A stretch of DNA of 40,581 bases from a virus (lineage: Duplodnaviria > Caudoviricetes): positions 1-40,581 of IMG/VR virus record IMGVR_UViG_3300005611_000070. One strand, written 5' to 3'. Position 1 is the first letter of the stretch. Each line of letters starts with the position of its first letter. A program made the translations under genes and the position numbers. This document shows, in pieces, positions 1-10,600 of this stretch. Under the pieces are notes generated by a model. It did not search any database, had not been told where the DNA came from, and saw only the letters and a list, made by a program, of their open reading frames with translations.

Positions 1-252
1 ACCGCAGAAGATGATGCTAATCAGGATGCTGATGGCAACAACTGGACAGCTACTAGCTACGGAACTCAATCTGTAGATACTTCAGACTTGTCAAGCTTTA
101 CAGCCTTTGCAGACTTAACAAGCTCTGACGTTCAAGGATGGGTAGAAGCTGCTATGGGTGAAGAAGCTGTACAAAGTCTTAAAGACGGTTTAGATGCTCA
201 GATAGAAAGTCAAAAAAATCCAAGCTCAGTAACAAAAACTTTGGCATCTTAA
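1..252 (+). CDS. 5'-truncated small phage protein (fibre-associated type)
   Basis: Frame 1 is open from the window edge: TAEDDANQDADGNNWTATSYGTQSVDTSDLSSFTAFADLTSSDVQGWVEAAMGEEAVQSLKDGLDAQIESQKNPSSVTKTLAS, stop TAA 250-252. Not in the ORF track because it has no start. Confidence 0.6.
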   Translation, partial: TAEDDANQDADGNNWTATSYGTQSVDTSDLSSFTAFADLTSSDVQGWVEAAMGEEAVQSLKDGLDAQIESQKNPSSVTKTLAS

Positions 253-294
253 TTAATGATGCTAATATATAACTTTTAATTAGGAGAATTAATT

Positions 295-603
295 ATGGCA
301 GAAGCTAATAACAACACAGTAAACGAAGAACCAAAGGTTTTAACACTTACTGAAAAGGTAGATGACAAAGATGTTGAAAAAAAATACCTTATAGAGGATA
401 TGTCTGAAGAAGGTTTAATTTTATATAACAAACTAGCCATCATTCAAAAACAAAAAAATGAAATGATTGCAAATGCTAATTTTGAAATAGAAAAAGCAGA
501 TGTACTCATTAATCATTACATGGCAGAGTTAAAAAACAATTTGCCTGAAGAAATGGAAGCAAGTGATGAAGATGCCGAAAGTGGAGATAAAAAACCCAAC
601 TGA
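295..603 (+). CDS. hypothetical acidic/coiled-coil protein
   Basis: 102 aa ORF with an AGGAG RBS just upstream. Confidence 0.6.
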   Translation: MAEANNNTVNEEPKVLTLTEKVDDKDVEKKYLIEDMSEEGLILYNKLAIIQKQKNEMIANANFEIEKADVLINHYMAELKNNLPEEMEASDEDAESGDKKPN

Positions 604-766
604 TTTATCTAAGTTGGAAACGCACGAACAAATTTGTGCTTTACGATACGAAAACATAGAAAAACGTATGGAAGCAGGTTCTAAAAGATTTATACGCATA
701 GAACAACAGATTTGGGGTTTATATGCCCTTATTATTGCTTCACAAGTTATAGGAGCATTTGTCTAA
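563..766 (+). CDS. small coiled-coil protein with C-terminal TM helix (XhlA/holin-like)
   Basis: HEQICALRYENIEKRM coiled coil followed by hydrophobic IWGLYALIIASQVIGAFV. Confidence 0.5.
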   Translation: MMKMPKVEIKNPTDLSKLETHEQICALRYENIEKRMEAGSKRFIRIEQQIWGLYALIIASQVIGAFV

Positions 767-1422
767 TGGCAGGATTACAAGTAAGCGTAGAGCCAACACA
801 AGAACCAGTCACATTACAAGAAGTTAAAGAATATTTACGAGTTGATGATTCTACCGATGAAAGAATCATAAGACCTTTCATAGAAACAGCTAGAAGGTTT
901 TGTGAGGAACATACTGGTAGAGCATTAATGACACAGACCTTGACATTATTTCTTGATGCTTTTGAAGATATTAGTGACCCTTTATGGGAAGGCGTAAGAA
1001 CTGGTCCATACCTTAACTATTATAAAAATTATGTGGTTTTACCACGTTCACCAGTCGCATCAGTTACACACGTTAAAACCTATGATGATGCTGATACAGC
1101 AACTACATTCGCAAGTTCAGATTATTATGTTGATAACGCAAGAGAACCTGCAAGGGTGGTATTAAGAACTGGTGCTACATTTCCAACAGCTTTAAGAGTG
1201 GCAAACTCTATAGAAGTTCAATATGTAGCAGGTTACACATCACAATACAATATACCTGAACCCCTCAGATTAGGAATACTACAACACATAGCATATCTGT
1301 ATGAACACAGAGGAGATATGTATGATGCTAAATTACCTTACCCACCTATGTTAAGAAGTTTGTATGCACCTTATGTAGTACACAGAGGATTAGGTTCTTC
1401 ATCTTTAATGGCTTTGGGATAA
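766..1422 (+). CDS. head-tail connector/adaptor (gp6 / phiE125 gp8-like)
   Basis: EPVTLQEVKEYLRVD...ARRFCEEHTGRALMTQT...LRLGILQHIAYLYEHRG. ATG 766 overlaps the previous stop; AGGAG at 751-755. Confidence 0.85.
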   Translation: MAGLQVSVEPTQEPVTLQEVKEYLRVDDSTDERIIRPFIETARRFCEEHTGRALMTQTLTLFLDAFEDISDPLWEGVRTGPYLNYYKNYVVLPRSPVASVTHVKTYDDADTATTFASSDYYVDNAREPARVVLRTGATFPTALRVANSIEVQYVAGYTSQYNIPEPLRLGILQHIAYLYEHRGDMYDAKLPYPPMLRSLYAPYVVHRGLGSSSLMALG

Positions 1423-1752
1423 ATGTCTAACTCTATTGGCAAAATGCGATATAGAGTTAAAGTAGAAAATGCTACTAATACTCGTGATGCTGGTGGTGGT
1501 CTATCACAATCTTATTCACCAGTAACAACCATATACGCCAATATTAAGCCCACTAATGCTAATAGTATATACAGGCAAGGGATAGTCCAAGAAAAGGTCA
1601 CACACGAGGTTACAATTCGTTATATGACCAATATATCTACAAATAGCAGAGTGACCTATGGAACTCGCAACTTTAATGTCAAAGGAATCATTAACGTAGA
1701 TGAAAGAGATAGATTTCTCAAGTTGTTATGCGAAGAAGGTGTAGCAATATGA
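1423..1752 (+). CDS. head closure / head-tail adaptor (SPP1 gp16-like)
   Basis: IGKMRYRV...DAGGG...THEVTIRY...FNVKGIINVDERDRFLKLLCEE; expected position after the connector. Confidence 0.85.
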   Translation: MSNSIGKMRYRVKVENATNTRDAGGGLSQSYSPVTTIYANIKPTNANSIYRQGIVQEKVTHEVTIRYMTNISTNSRVTYGTRNFNVKGIINVDERDRFLKLLCEEGVAI

Positions 1753-2180
1753 GTATTGATTTAAAAATTACGAACCTCAAAGCATTTAATAAAAAATTAA
1801 ATAAAAAACTACAAGACAACAAGGTCAAAGAATATGTGACTCGTGGAACTATGATGGTACAAAATACTGCTAAAGAAAGTATATTAAAAGGCGGTACTGG
1901 AAGATTATACGAAAAGTATGAACCTAGAAGAAGTCATAGAGCATCAGCACCTAATCAACCACCTGCAAGTGATACAGGCTTTTTAGTAAGTCAAATAACT
2001 ATGAATGTAGATGTAAAAGCAAATGGTACTGTTGTTGGGCAAATAATATCAGCAGCACCATATTCTAAGGCATTAGAGTTTGGTACAACACAAATGACTG
2101 AAAGACCATTTATGCAACCAGCATTAGAAAAAAATAGAAGAAAGATAGAGCGTATGTTTAAAAAAGGTGTGTTGAAATGA
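1749..2180 (+). CDS. HK97 gp10-family neck protein
   Basis: ASAPNQPPASDTGFL...YSKALEFGTTQMTERPFMQPALE; ATG 1749 overlaps the previous stop. Confidence 0.85.
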   Translation: MSIDLKITNLKAFNKKLNKKLQDNKVKEYVTRGTMMVQNTAKESILKGGTGRLYEKYEPRRSHRASAPNQPPASDTGFLVSQITMNVDVKANGTVVGQIISAAPYSKALEFGTTQMTERPFMQPALEKNRRKIERMFKKGVLK

Positions 2181-2581
2181 GCATAGGACAGTTTCAATTA
2201 CAAAGTGCTGTGTATTCTGCTCTTAATGTAAGTGCTATAACATCTACACTATCTTGTGGTGTATATGACGAAGTTATAGAAGGTAATACGTACCCTTTTA
2301 TTACACTAGGGGAAGAAACTGCTATTGATTATGGAACAAAAGACTTAGATGGTGGGGAATACACAATCAACATACATATTTGGTCACAATATAAAGGTTC
2401 TAAAGAAACCAAACAAATAATGGACAAGATACACGATTTATTGCATGATATAAACTTAACTGTTACTGGTTTCAATCTAATTAACCTTAGATTTGAATAC
2501 AGTGATATAATGAGAGACCCAGATGGTGTCACTAGACATGGAGTCATGCGATTTCGTGCAATAATATTAGGAACAAACTAA
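2177..2581 (+). CDS. tail completion/terminator protein (DUF3168-like)
   Basis: LQSAVYSAL...VYDEV...YPFITLGE...IHIWS...DPDGVTRHGVMRFRA. Confidence 0.8.
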   Translation: MSIGQFQLQSAVYSALNVSAITSTLSCGVYDEVIEGNTYPFITLGEETAIDYGTKDLDGGEYTINIHIWSQYKGSKETKQIMDKIHDLLHDINLTVTGFNLINLRFEYSDIMRDPDGVTRHGVMRFRAIILGTN

Positions 2582-2598
2582 TTTTATAGGAGAAAAAA

Positions 2599-3045
2599 AT
2601 GGCAGCACAAAAAGGTTTAGATGTTTTAATTAAAATTGACATCAGTGGAACACCAACAACAATTGGTGGTTTAAGGTCTTCATCAATCACTTTAAATGAT
2701 GAGTCAGTAGATATTACTAACAAAGATAGTTTAGGAACTAGAACATTACTCGCAGGAGCAGGTGTTAATAGTTTGTCTATCAGTGGTTCAGGTGTATTTA
2801 CAGATTCAACAGCAGAAGTTGCGGTTAGAACTGCTTTTGCAGCACAACAAAATACTACTGATGGTTCAACACCACAAACAGCAGCTTTTGATACATATGA
2901 TTTTGTAATACCTCATTTAGGAACATATCAAGGTTCATTTCAAATCACATCTTTAGAATATGCAGGTGAGTACAATGGTGAAGCTACATATTCAATGTCT
3001 TTTGAATCAGCAGGATATATTACATTTACAGCACATAGTGGATAA
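2599..3045 (+). CDS. major tail tube protein (TP901-1/GTA type)
   Basis: MAAQKGLDVLIK...GGLRSSSITLNDESVDIT...FQITSLEYAGEYNGEATYSMSFESAG; AGGAG RBS. Confidence 0.9.
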   Translation: MAAQKGLDVLIKIDISGTPTTIGGLRSSSITLNDESVDITNKDSLGTRTLLAGAGVNSLSISGSGVFTDSTAEVAVRTAFAAQQNTTDGSTPQTAAFDTYDFVIPHLGTYQGSFQITSLEYAGEYNGEATYSMSFESAGYITFTAHSG

Positions 3046-3285
3046 ATGCTTAAGCAAGTAAAAGTAAAAGTTGGTGATGAATCTATTAATGGTTCAATGC
3101 ATGAAGATGAATTACTTATAGCTAATGTTATAGATGTTGGAGATGTAATTAATGTAGATGGTAAAGATAGAGAAGTTTTATCATCAAGTATTGATTACAG
3201 AGACAATGTATTAAAAATAAATCTTGCAAAAGCAAGTAAACCAAAAAAGGAGAAAAAGTCAGATGGCAAATCCACTAAAGGGTGA
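3046..3285 (+). CDS. hypothetical protein
   Basis: 79 aa ORF abutting the tail tube stop codon. Confidence 0.5.
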   Translation: MLKQVKVKVGDESINGSMHEDELLIANVIDVGDVINVDGKDREVLSSSIDYRDNVLKINLAKASKPKKEKKSDGKSTKG

Positions 3286-3610
3286 AATACCACTTACGTT
3301 AGGTAAAGAAACTTATAAATGCAGATTAACAATAGATGCATTAGTAAGAATAGAAGACGAATTAGATAAAGGCATTTTAGAGTTAGCTACTGCCATTGCT
3401 GAAGCTAAAGTGCGTATCCGTACCCTTATCGTTGTATTACGCCATGCACTTAGAGGTGGTGGCAACGATTTTGACGATAAAAAAATAGGCGAAATTATTT
3501 CTAGTGTAGGAATAGTAGTAGCATCAACTGAAGTAGCTAAACTCTTAGTTGCAACATTAAGCGATAACGACTCAGACGAGGAAGATAAAAAAAAAGAACA
3601 GGTAGAATGA
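3263..3610 (+). CDS. tail assembly chaperone (GTA gp10-like, lambda G analogue)
   Basis: MANPLKGEIPLTLG...LTIDALVRIEDEL...ALRGGG; AGGAG upstream of ATG 3263. Confidence 0.75.
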   Translation: MANPLKGEIPLTLGKETYKCRLTIDALVRIEDELDKGILELATAIAEAKVRIRTLIVVLRHALRGGGNDFDDKKIGEIISSVGIVVASTEVAKLLVATLSDNDSDEEDKKKEQVE

Positions 3611-3816
3611 ATCCAGTAAGCATAAACTGGGCAGATTATGTAAAAATCTGTATTGGTATTATGCAGATGCGACCTGATGATTTTTGGAATCTATCTCCTC
3701 GTGAAATGTATTTAGCAATTAAAGGCTTTAAAGAATTTAATTCAGCAGAAGAAAAAGATACACCTATGACAAGTGATAGGCTAGAAGAAATGATGGAGTT
3801 ATATCCTGATGGCTAA
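3607..3816 (+). CDS. second tail assembly chaperone (lambda T analogue)
   Basis: MRPDDFWNLSPREMYLA...LEEMMELYPD, immediately before the tape measure gene. Confidence 0.75.
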   Translation: MNPVSINWADYVKICIGIMQMRPDDFWNLSPREMYLAIKGFKEFNSAEEKDTPMTSDRLEEMMELYPDG

Positions 3817-5671
3817 GATAGATGATTTAATAATTCAAATCAAAGCTGATACAAAACAGTTACAAAAAGAATTAAAACAAATAGAAGGGAAAATTAGAGT
3901 CACTGGAGCAGCAGGTGGTGCTGCTTTTGGTGGCATGGCAGGAAGTTTAAAAAGTATTCGTGGTCCTGCTTTAGCAGCAGCAGCAGGAATAGCAGCTATC
4001 GTTTTACCTATGAAAGCTATAGCAGGTGTTGGCTCACAGTTTGAAGATTTAAAAGATTCATTAGACCAAGTATTTGGTAGTATGGAAGCTGGTGACCAAG
4101 CTATGCAAAAAGTTTTCACTTTTGCACAAACAACACCATTTCAAATAGAAGATGCAACAAAGGCATTTATTGCACTTAAATCAGCAGGTATTGAACCAAG
4201 CATGAATATGTTACAAACCTTTGCTGATACAGCATCTGTTTCAATTGACCAACTAGGAACATTTGAAGCATTAATAAGAGTTGTGCAAAGGTCAGCAGGT
4301 GGTGGTTTAGGTCTTGAAGAATTAAACATGATAGCTGATAGAGGTATTGATGTTTTTGGTGGTTTAAAAGAAGAACTTGGATTATCAAGAGATGAAATAG
4401 CTGAATTTGGTAAAACAGCAGAAGGTGCAAAGAAAATAACTGATGCTCTTGTTGTTACTTTAAATAAAAAGTTTGGTGGTGCTATGGAATCCAAAATGGA
4501 TAACCTTAGTACAAAAACATCTAACATGGTTATTGCTTTTAAACAGTTAGGAGATGAGGTATTTAAAAGTGGTTTAGGTGATTTTCTTAAAAATATGGCT
4601 GATTCTTTAACTGAAATGGCTAATGGTATAGCAAAATCAGTGAGAGCTGTAAGTGGTAGACAAACCGCAGAAGATTTTGGAGTCACAGGTGAGACACCAC
4701 AACAAATAGCAACTAATCTTACAGCAGAGAGACAAAGAATTGGTGGATTGTTAAAGGGTGTTAGAGAAGAAGGCGTTCAAGTAAAGCCTGAATTAGAAGA
4801 TGCTAGAATGAGAAGGTTAATTCAATTACAAAATGAATACAACAAACTTCTAGAGTTAGAATTTAAGGCACATCAAAATATTGGTATTGAAACACTTAAT
4901 AAAAAGAAAACCGATGAAAATTTAAGCACTTTATTACAATCAGATATAGATTTCATGTCAGAATTTAAAAAATTACTAGGCGAAAGTATTCCCGAGTTAG
5001 ATAAAATTAATGAACAAATATCATCAGTAGAAGCATTAAGAGGAAAGTTAGATGCTAAAGGTAACTTGATAGCATCTGATGAAGAAATAGAACGTGTTTT
5101 AGCGTTTTTAGATGAAACAAGAAAGGAACTAGGTAAAACTGGTGAAGCATCAGACGCTATGGCACAAATATTAGAACAAGCGACTGACCAATTTGCTAAC
5201 GATTTTATTAACGCACTACAAAGCGGTGAAAATGCTTTAGTATCATTTAGAAACTTGGTAGGTGATATGATTCAACAAGTAATAGCTGAGTTTTTAAAAA
5301 TGAAAGTCATCAAACCTTTAATGAATGCTTTATTTAGTGCTGTAGGTTTACCTACTATTCCTATGGATGAATCAGCAGGTGGTGGAACTATACAAGGTGG
5401 CAGACCTACATTAGTAGGTGAACGTGGTCCTGAAATATTTGTACCTAATACTGGCGGAACTATTATGAATAACATGAATAGTAGAAACGCTATGGGTGGT
5501 GGTACGCCAATCAATATATATCAAAATCTTAACTTTGCTACTGGTGTTGTGCCAACAGTAAGAGCAGAGATTACTAAAATGATGCCACAAATAGCAGATG
5601 TAACAAAAGCAGCAGTACAAGAATCAGCTATGCGTGGTGGTACATTTAGAAGGAGTTTAGTAGGTGGCTAA
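3809..5671 (+). CDS. tail tape measure protein
   Basis: 620 aa Ala/Gly-rich helical protein with FAQTTPFQIED tape-measure domain and C-terminal AGGG...LVGERGPEIFVP. Confidence 0.9.
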   Translation: MAKIDDLIIQIKADTKQLQKELKQIEGKIRVTGAAGGAAFGGMAGSLKSIRGPALAAAAGIAAIVLPMKAIAGVGSQFEDLKDSLDQVFGSMEAGDQAMQKVFTFAQTTPFQIEDATKAFIALKSAGIEPSMNMLQTFADTASVSIDQLGTFEALIRVVQRSAGGGLGLEELNMIADRGIDVFGGLKEELGLSRDEIAEFGKTAEGAKKITDALVVTLNKKFGGAMESKMDNLSTKTSNMVIAFKQLGDEVFKSGLGDFLKNMADSLTEMANGIAKSVRAVSGRQTAEDFGVTGETPQQIATNLTAERQRIGGLLKGVREEGVQVKPELEDARMRRLIQLQNEYNKLLELEFKAHQNIGIETLNKKKTDENLSTLLQSDIDFMSEFKKLLGESIPELDKINEQISSVEALRGKLDAKGNLIASDEEIERVLAFLDETRKELGKTGEASDAMAQILEQATDQFANDFINALQSGENALVSFRNLVGDMIQQVIAEFLKMKVIKPLMNALFSAVGLPTIPMDESAGGGTIQGGRPTLVGERGPEIFVPNTGGTIMNNMNSRNAMGGGTPINIYQNLNFATGVVPTVRAEITKMMPQIADVTKAAVQESAMRGGTFRRSLVGG

Positions 5672-6554
5672 GATAGTAACAATGCCAAATACCCCTAATT
5701 TTGTTAGGAGTAATTTTATATTAAGACGTGCAGTAGGTAGTGTAGCTTCACCTTATACAGGTAAAGTTAGATCACAAGAATACGATGGTGTATTTTGGGA
5801 AGCTACAGTAACACTTCCACCAATGCGTAGAGATGTTGCTAAAAATTGGCAATCATTTCTTTTAGAACTTAATGGACCAGTAAATCATTTTAAATTTGCA
5901 GACCCTGATGCTTTAACCAATCAAGGCACATATGATGCTAATGATTTAAAAGCTAAAGATAGAATTAATCAAGGAAGCATTGAATTAGATTTTTCTTCAG
6001 CAACACAAACAATTACTGCACCTTCTGATACAACACCTTTTGCTAATGCTTTAGTTGGTGATTTTATTGTGGTCACAGGTTCAGCTAATCCTGAAAACAA
6101 TGGCACACATAAAATAACCACAAAGACTAATGCTTATACAGTAATAGTAGAATCTGAATCAGGTGGTTTAGTCACCGAAGCAGATGTAACAGGTTGTACG
6201 ATAAAATCCAATCAAAAGGGTGCAACAGGTATAAATTTATCATCTAGTTCTAACAGTGCAACAGGCACAATACTTAAAGGTGACTATTTACAAATAACAT
6301 CAAGTTCTACAGCAGGTGCTAATCCAGTTCAATACGTTATGGTGACTGAAGATGCTACATTGAATGTTAATGCAGGTGAAGATACTTATGGAGTTAAAAT
6401 ACAACCTAAGTTAAGAACAGCCATAACTGAAAATCATTTAGTAAGATTCGCAACTCCAAAAGGATTGTTTAGATTAACAACAAAAGATGTTGACTGGGAT
6501 GCTGATAATATTTCTAACTATGGCATATCTTTTTCATGTATTGAGGTAGTTTAA
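5664..6554 (+). CDS. distal tail protein with inserted beta domain
   Basis: Follows TMP; SPYTG...WEATVTLPPMRR...FLLELNG N-terminus and ISFSCIEVV C-terminus. Confidence 0.6.
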   Translation: MAKIVTMPNTPNFVRSNFILRRAVGSVASPYTGKVRSQEYDGVFWEATVTLPPMRRDVAKNWQSFLLELNGPVNHFKFADPDALTNQGTYDANDLKAKDRINQGSIELDFSSATQTITAPSDTTPFANALVGDFIVVTGSANPENNGTHKITTKTNAYTVIVESESGGLVTEADVTGCTIKSNQKGATGINLSSSSNSATGTILKGDYLQITSSSTAGANPVQYVMVTEDATLNVNAGEDTYGVKIQPKLRTAITENHLVRFATPKGLFRLTTKDVDWDADNISNYGISFSCIEVV

Positions 6555-7205
6555 ATGTCTAATAGAGGTGGGATTGATAGTTCAATAACAAGCTACCTTG
6601 AAGCAGACCATCAACTATTATTCTTAGCAGTTGAAGCTGAATTTGATACAGAAACTATAAGAGTATGGTCAGGTGACTATGACCTAATAATTAATGGTGG
6701 AACATATACTGGTGTTGGAACTCTTTTATCTATCTCAAACATAGAAGATACCTTAGAACTTAAATCAAGTGGTTTATCTGTGGCTTTAGCAGGTATGGAT
6801 ACAACTGTTCTTGATTTAGCACTTACAGAAAATTATCAAAATAGATTTATCACAGTTTATCTAGGATACCTTTCAGGGGGAACAGACACTACTGTAGGCA
6901 CTATGACTTTATTTAAAGGTCGTATGCAATCAATGGTGATAAATGATGACCCTAATGGTTCTACAATTACTGTAGATGCAGAAAATAGATTAATAGATTT
7001 ACAAAGACCATCAAACCTAAGATACACCAAAGAATCACAACAATTTATAGATTCTACTGATACTTGTTTTAACAGGGTTCAATCTTTACAAGATAAAGAG
7101 ATTGTATGGGGTAGGTCATCTTCCAACACTGGTGGTGGTACTGGTGGTGGCGGTGGTGGTGGTCGTGGCGGTGGTGGAACAACGAGAAGATTTTCAGAAA
7201 GATAA
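6555..7205 (+). CDS. baseplate hub / minor tail protein (gpL-like position)
   Basis: GGTYTGVGTLLSISNIED...LFKGRM...TITVDAENRLIDLQRP...EIVWG with a Gly-rich tail. Confidence 0.6.
   Translation: MSNRGGIDSSITSYLEADHQLLFLAVEAEFDTETIRVWSGDYDLIINGGTYTGVGTLLSISNIEDTLELKSSGLSVALAGMDTTVLDLALTENYQNRFITVYLGYLSGGTDTTVGTMTLFKGRMQSMVINDDPNGSTITVDAENRLIDLQRPSNLRYTKESQQFIDSTDTCFNRVQSLQDKEIVWGRSSSNTGGGTGGGGGGGRGGGGTTRRFSER
7131..7177 (+). repeat. (GGT/GGC)n poly-Gly coding microsatellite
   Basis: ggtggtggtactggtggtggcggtggtggtggtcgtggcggtggtgg encodes the Gly-rich C-terminal tail. Confidence 0.8.
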
Positions 7206-7624
7206 TGATAAAGAAAGCAGACTGGAGTATAGAATTTGACCAATTTATAACCAAAAACAGGTTTAAAGGTTTTAAATGGGGTTCATGGGATTGTTGTAAG
7301 TTTTCTAATGCTTGTATAAAGGCTATGACAGGTGAAGATTTAATACCCAAAGAACTTAAATGGAAAAACGAAGCAGAAGCTATGAAATCAATAAAAGAAT
7401 ATGGCAAAACACTTGCTAAAAGTATTGAAAAGGCTTGTAAAGCAAAAGGTGTACAAAAAATAGACAAAGCCTTTATGCAAAAAGGTGATTTAGTGGTTTA
7501 TAAAGAAGAATCAGAATTAGTTGGTATATCAGATGGTTTTAAGGTCTTATCACCTACAGATGACATGGTAATAGCTAAGCAAAATGTAGATATTATTTCT
7601 GTATGGAGAATACCTAATGGCTAA
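7205..7624 (+). CDS. NlpC/P60-like tail-associated protein
   Basis: FKWGSWDCCKF...AMTGED...QKGDLV motif; lambda K-like position. Confidence 0.65.
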   Translation: MIKKADWSIEFDQFITKNRFKGFKWGSWDCCKFSNACIKAMTGEDLIPKELKWKNEAEAMKSIKEYGKTLAKSIEKACKAKGVQKIDKAFMQKGDLVVYKEESELVGISDGFKVLSPTDDMVIAKQNVDIISVWRIPNG

Positions 7625-10600
7625 AGCAATCAAAGCAGCAGTAACTGTATTTGTCGTCACTTTTTTAGTAGTAACTGGTACAGCCTTTTTATTAGGTACA
7701 ACAGCTGCAGCTTTAACTGGAATGACTGCTTTGCAAATTGCTTCAGCTTCAGCATTAAGTACTTTAGTTGGTGGCTTGATGTCAAAAGGCAACAATTCTG
7801 TTGCAGAAAACTTTGGTACTAAAGTAGCAACAAGAACAGCTACTGCACCAAGACAAATCATATATGGTAAAGCTAGAGTTGGTGGAACAATAACTCACAT
7901 AGAAACTTCAGGCACAGATAACTATAAATTATCTATGATTGTTGTTCTTGCAGGACATGAAGTAGAAAGTTTAGAAGAAGTATTAATTAATGACACAAAA
8001 TTAACAACAACAGTTAGTGGTGGCTTTAATTATGCTACTAATAGCAGATTTACTAACAGTGAGAATGAAAATAAATTTGGTGTAAGCAATTCTTTATTAA
8101 GATATAGATTTAAAGATGGTTCACAAACTACAGCAGATAGCACCATAACAAGTGCAACTTCTTTAGGTTCTACAGATAAATTTATAGGCATGGCTTATAT
8201 GCTTATAGAAATGGTATTTGATTCAGAAGCCTTTGGTGGTGGTATTCCACCACTTGCTTTTGTTATTAAAGGTAAAAAAGTTTATGACCCAAGAACATCA
8301 ACTACAGCTTGGTCAGATAATCCTGCTCTTTGTGTTAGAGATTATATAACCGACACAATCTATGGATTAAAAGCTACCTCAGATGAAGTTTTAGACACAA
8401 CAGCATTAGGTGGTTTTTCAGCAGCAGCTAATACTTGTGATACAGCAGCTGGTGCAATAACAACAGCTACAGTTAATGGTGCTGTTTCAAACACACAAAC
8501 TGTACAAATTGATTACGCAACATCAAACACTCTTATAGATATAGGTCAAACAGTATCAGGCACAGGAATATCAGGTTCACCAACTGTAATATCAAGAAGT
8601 GGTAATCTAGTGATTTTATCTTCAGCACAAACTATTGCTGATGGTGTAACTCTTACATTTAATGAGGAATTATATAAAGCTAATGGTATAACCAATATGG
8701 CAGCCGATGGAACTGGTGTTCTTGAAGGATTACTTAGTTCATGTGCAGGTAAGTTGTCATATATCAATGGTAAATTCGTGATGTTTGCAGGTGCTTCTGT
8801 TACTCCTGATATGACAATAACAGATGATAACTTGTTAGCACCTATTTCTGTGGCAACAAAAAATTCCAGTGGTGAAACTTTTAACACTGTTAAAGCTGTT
8901 TATGTTGATGGTAATAATAATTATGTAGCTACAGATTCTCCAGTTTACACAGATAGTACATTAATCGCTAACGACACCCCAAGCGGAGAATCACAAGCCA
9001 ATTACAGAAAAACTTTAGAAATACAGTTGCCATTTACTGATACAACTACAATGGCACAAAGATTACAAAGAACTGCTTTATTACATTCAAGACAAGAGGT
9101 AAGTTTATCCGTGTTATGTAATATTGCTTTTATGCAATTACAACCTTTTGACTGGGTTTATATTACAAACGCAAGACTAGGATACACCAACAAAACTTTT
9201 GAAGTTTTAAGCACAAATTTAGAAGTAATAGAGTCAGATGACGTTCCAATTTTAGCCACAAGACTTAACCTTAAAGAGATTGATGCTTCAGTATATAGTT
9301 TTGCATCAAACACTTATACAGACCCAATAGACGAAGGCTCAAGCGTTTCTACAGGTAGTTTTAGCGTAACTGCACCAACAGGTTTATCTTTAACAGTAGA
9401 TTTACAACTTGATTCAGCAACAAGCAAAGTAAATATAGATGCAAGTTGGACTAATAACCCTGACGACCTCATACAAGGTACTGAAATCTTGTATGGTACT
9501 GCTTCAGGTACTTATATAGGTTCGGTTTTAGTTGGTAAAGGAAAAACAAAGGCAGTTATACCAAACTTAATATCAAATAGCACTTATTATGTTGTAGCAA
9601 GACATTTTTCTAGTAACAATGTTTTTAGTGACAACACATCTGAACAAAGTGTTGGCACAGGGTTACCAGCAGCACCAGCAGCACCTACAAATTTATCAGC
9701 AACAACAGGCAAAGCCTTAGTTATAGGTTTAGAGTGGAATGCTCCTAGTAATAGTGATTTAAGAGCAGTTAAGGTTTATAGACATACATCTAGTTTTACA
9801 CCAACAGATGATACATATTTAGTTTCAACAATCACATCAGAGCCAAGTGAAACACAAAAAATCACTTTTGGTTTAGAAGATGGTTTAACAGCAGGTACTA
9901 CTTATCATTTTGCAGTTAGGGCTATCAATTTTTCAGGTACACATTCTACTTTTACTAGCACTACAACAGGAAGTTTCACATTAGTAGATGTAGGTGATAT
10001 TGATTTACCTGATTTTTCAGGTTACTTCCATAAAGAAGGCAATACAACTACAGCATTAACTTCATCACAATTTAATACAGAATATGGAAGAACGCCTTTA
10101 AATGATGACATTTTAGTTATGGTCAATACAAGTGCTTCTCCAAAAGTTTCAAAGGCTTATAAATGGAATGGTTCTGCTTTTGTAGAAATAACTAATTTTA
10201 CAACAGGTGATTTAGTTGTAGATGGAACTATTGCAGGTGACAAGATTATTGCAGGTGATATTTCTGCTGACAGGGTTGATGCAGACTTTGTTAGCACATT
10301 AAACCTATTAACAACCAGTGCAACTGTCACTAATAATATAACTATAGGTACTGGTAACAATGTTTTTAAAGCTGAAACTGGTGTTGGTATACAACTTGGT
10401 CATGCAACATTTGGGTCAGCACCATTTAGAGTAACAGAGGGTGGAGCATTAACAGCTACTAATGCCACAATAACAGGTGAAGTTAATGCAACTAGTGGTA
10501 CGTTTAATGGTTCTATAGCAATTGGTTCAGGTAATAGTATTTTTAAAGCTGATTCAAATGGAATTTATCTTGGTAACGCTACTTTCAGTTCAGCACCTTT

